From: a virus
Taxonomy: Duplodnaviria > Heunggongvirae > Uroviricota > Caudoviricetes
Strand: one strand, 5' to 3'
Length of the DNA stretch: 15,321 nt
Virus record (IMG/VR): IMGVR_UViG_2698536443_000012
Part shown: positions 14,271 to 15,321 of the stretch, one piece after another
How positions within the stretch are numbered: position 1 is the first letter of the stretch
Layout: the number at the start of each line of letters is the position of its first letter
Program-made: the position numbers and the translations under genes
Notes under the pieces: model-generated
Seen by the model: the letters and a program-made list of their open reading frames with translations, nothing else
The model's database searches: none
What the model was told of the DNA's origin: nothing

Positions 14271-14702
14271 ATGTTTGGTATTTTTGGTAAAAAAGCCCGC
14301 AGAGCAGCAACTGAAATTAAAAAGTTTGAGAAACGCGATCTGGCACAGGCGGTTATTAATGCTGCCTACCTGGTGGCCTATGCAGATGGTGAATGTGAGA
14401 CTTCAGAGAAAGCGAAGATCGAACAGGTATTACGTAACCAGCCAGCATTGTCCGCATTTACGTCAGAAATTAATGCCATCAGTGCCACGATCACAGGTCA
14501 GCTTGACACCAATTTTAAAATTGGTCGTCGTGCAGCGTTGCGTGAAATTGAAGATGTGAAACACGATACGCGTGAAGCGGAAGATGTGCTGGATGTGGCG
14601 GTGGCCATTGCTGAAGCAGATGGTGAAATTGAGCCGGAAGAGCGTAAGGTTCTGGAAGAGATTGCTGGTGTTCTTGGCCTGCGACTGGAGAACCACCTGT
14701 GA
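14271..14702 (+). CDS. TerB-like (tellurite-resistance TerB domain) protein
   Basis: 143-aa ORF from ATG 14271 (AGGAA upstream); the track's longer version starts at 14199. Two A-x-ADG-E-x-E repeats (AYLVAYADGECETSEKAKIEQVL and VAIAEADGEIEPEERKVLEEIAGVLG) typical of TerB-family proteins. Confidence 0.65.
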   Translation: MFGIFGKKARRAATEIKKFEKRDLAQAVINAAYLVAYADGECETSEKAKIEQVLRNQPALSAFTSEINAISATITGQLDTNFKIGRRAALREIEDVKHDTREAEDVLDVAVAIAEADGEIEPEERKVLEEIAGVLGLRLENHL

Positions 14703-14866
14703 CGGTAAAACTGCGTCTGGCCGCTGTGGCACTCCTGCTGTTTCTGGTGGTGATGGTGGATTTCACCAGCAGGATCATGTCGGTGCTGGCGGATGGAGTG
14801 CTGGTCTGCGGCATTGTGGTATTGCTGTGGCCGGTGATAAAAAGAAACAGCCTGCATAATGCTTGA
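14699..14866 (+). CDS. Small hydrophobic protein (55 aa), probably translationally coupled to the TerB-like gene
   Basis: GTG at 14699 overlaps the upstream stop (GTGA), with GGAG 8 nt upstream. Predicted sequence VTVKLRLAAVALLLFLVVMVDFTSRIMSVLADGVLVCGIVVLLWPVIKRNSLHNA has two hydrophobic segments. Below the track's length cutoff. Confidence 0.4.
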   Translation: MTVKLRLAAVALLLFLVVMVDFTSRIMSVLADGVLVCGIVVLLWPVIKRNSLHNA

Positions 14867-15180
14867 TTTTTTTGTTTGCTGTTTATTAAAAACACTTCTG
14901 CATGGTGAATCCCCCTGTGCGGAGGGGCGATCAGCAACCAGGTATATGGGATAATCGCGGATTCAGGTGCTGATACTGAATTCACCGGGAGGCACCCGGC
15001 ACCATGCTTTGCCACAAAAGTGTTGTTTCTGTTTTTCTCAAACTATCATCATTATCCCTTTATTTCCGGCTGCGCATGGCGTGGCCTTTTTTTTACGACC
15101 AGCCACTGGCAGATGGCCATCCTGTAATTTGATTCCGGTTCCGGCTTTTTAACTCTGTTCCTGTACACGGGAGAAATTCG

Positions 15181-15321
15181 ATGTCGATTAAACATTATGA
15201 TGTTGTCAGGGCGGCGTCGCCGTCAGACCTTGCGGAAAAGCTGACACATAAACTGAAAGAGGGCTGGCAGCCGTTTGGTAGTCCGGTGGCCATAACCCCT
15301 TATACCCTGATGCAGGCGATT
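15181..15321 (+). CDS. Small late-region phage protein (N-terminal 47 codons; continues beyond the window)
   Basis: ATG with GGGAGAA RBS 7 nt upstream. MSIKHYDVVRAASPSDLAEKLTHKLKEGWQPFGSPVAITPYTLMQAI resembles a short conserved family I associate with the Q-to-lysis interval of lambdoid prophages (possibly DUF1737); uncertain. Confidence 0.5.
   Translation, partial: MSIKHYDVVRAASPSDLAEKLTHKLKEGWQPFGSPVAITPYTLMQAI

Noticed and set aside
13964-14290. 108-aa plus ORF spanning the thrU-like and glyT-like tRNAs
   Set aside because: Reads straight through two tRNA genes and the terminator repeat; artefactual.
14463-15015. Minus-strand ORFs antisense to the TerB-like gene (14463-14732, 14498-14857, 14515-15015) and plus ORFs 14242-14559 and 14572-14859
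   Set aside because: Overlap the better-supported TerB-like frame and its coupled small ORF; His/Ser/Pro-rich low-complexity products without RBS.
12340-15321. Shiga toxin (stxA/stxB) downstream of the Q-tRNA region
   Set aside because: This is the canonical stx position in Stx phages, but no ORF here resembles StxA (about 315 aa with signal peptide) or StxB (about 89 aa); the slot holds IS600, tRNAs and a TerB-like gene instead.
1-15321. CRISPR array or rRNA genes
   Set aside because: No regularly spaced direct repeats with unique spacers and no rRNA-like conserved stretches; the only notable repeats are iterons, operator half-sites and the duplicated post-tRNA segment.

Overview
15.3-kb segment of a lambdoid (Qin/Rac-type) prophage from an Escherichia/Shigella genome, running from the leftward DicA-repressed operon through the immunity switch, replication genes, the nin/Q region and phage tRNAs into the start of the late region. 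Left to right: ydfE-like (partial), ydfD-like, dicB and dicF sRNA (all minus strand); an AT-rich ~1 kb cargo block with a convergent 77-aa/135-aa gene pair; a ydfC-like gene; a 118-aa first gene of the operon; dicA repressor; CTTAGG-type operators; dicC (cro-like); YdaT/CII-like; an O-like initiator carrying ACCCAAA iterons; a P-like loader; a 244-aa hypothetical; an AT-rich moron encoding an orphan signal-peptide ModA-like solute-binding protein; mok/hok toxin; rem-like; DUF968 (YdfU-like); rusA; Q-like antiterminator; tRNA-Ile(CAU), a tRNA-like gene and tRNA-Arg(UCU); IS600 with no matching target duplication; an HNH/AP2 endonuclease remnant; a second tRNA set (Asn-like, thrU-like Thr, glyT-like Gly); and a TerB-like protein plus small membrane protein in the slot where Stx phages carry toxin genes. 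No stx, rRNA or CRISPR was seen. The strongest candidates for something undescribed are the cargo pair at 1879-2497, the orphan binding-protein moron at 7715-8473 and the TerB-like module at 14271-14866. All homology calls come from reading the translations by eye and from memory of E. coli K-12 and phage lambda proteins; no database search was run.
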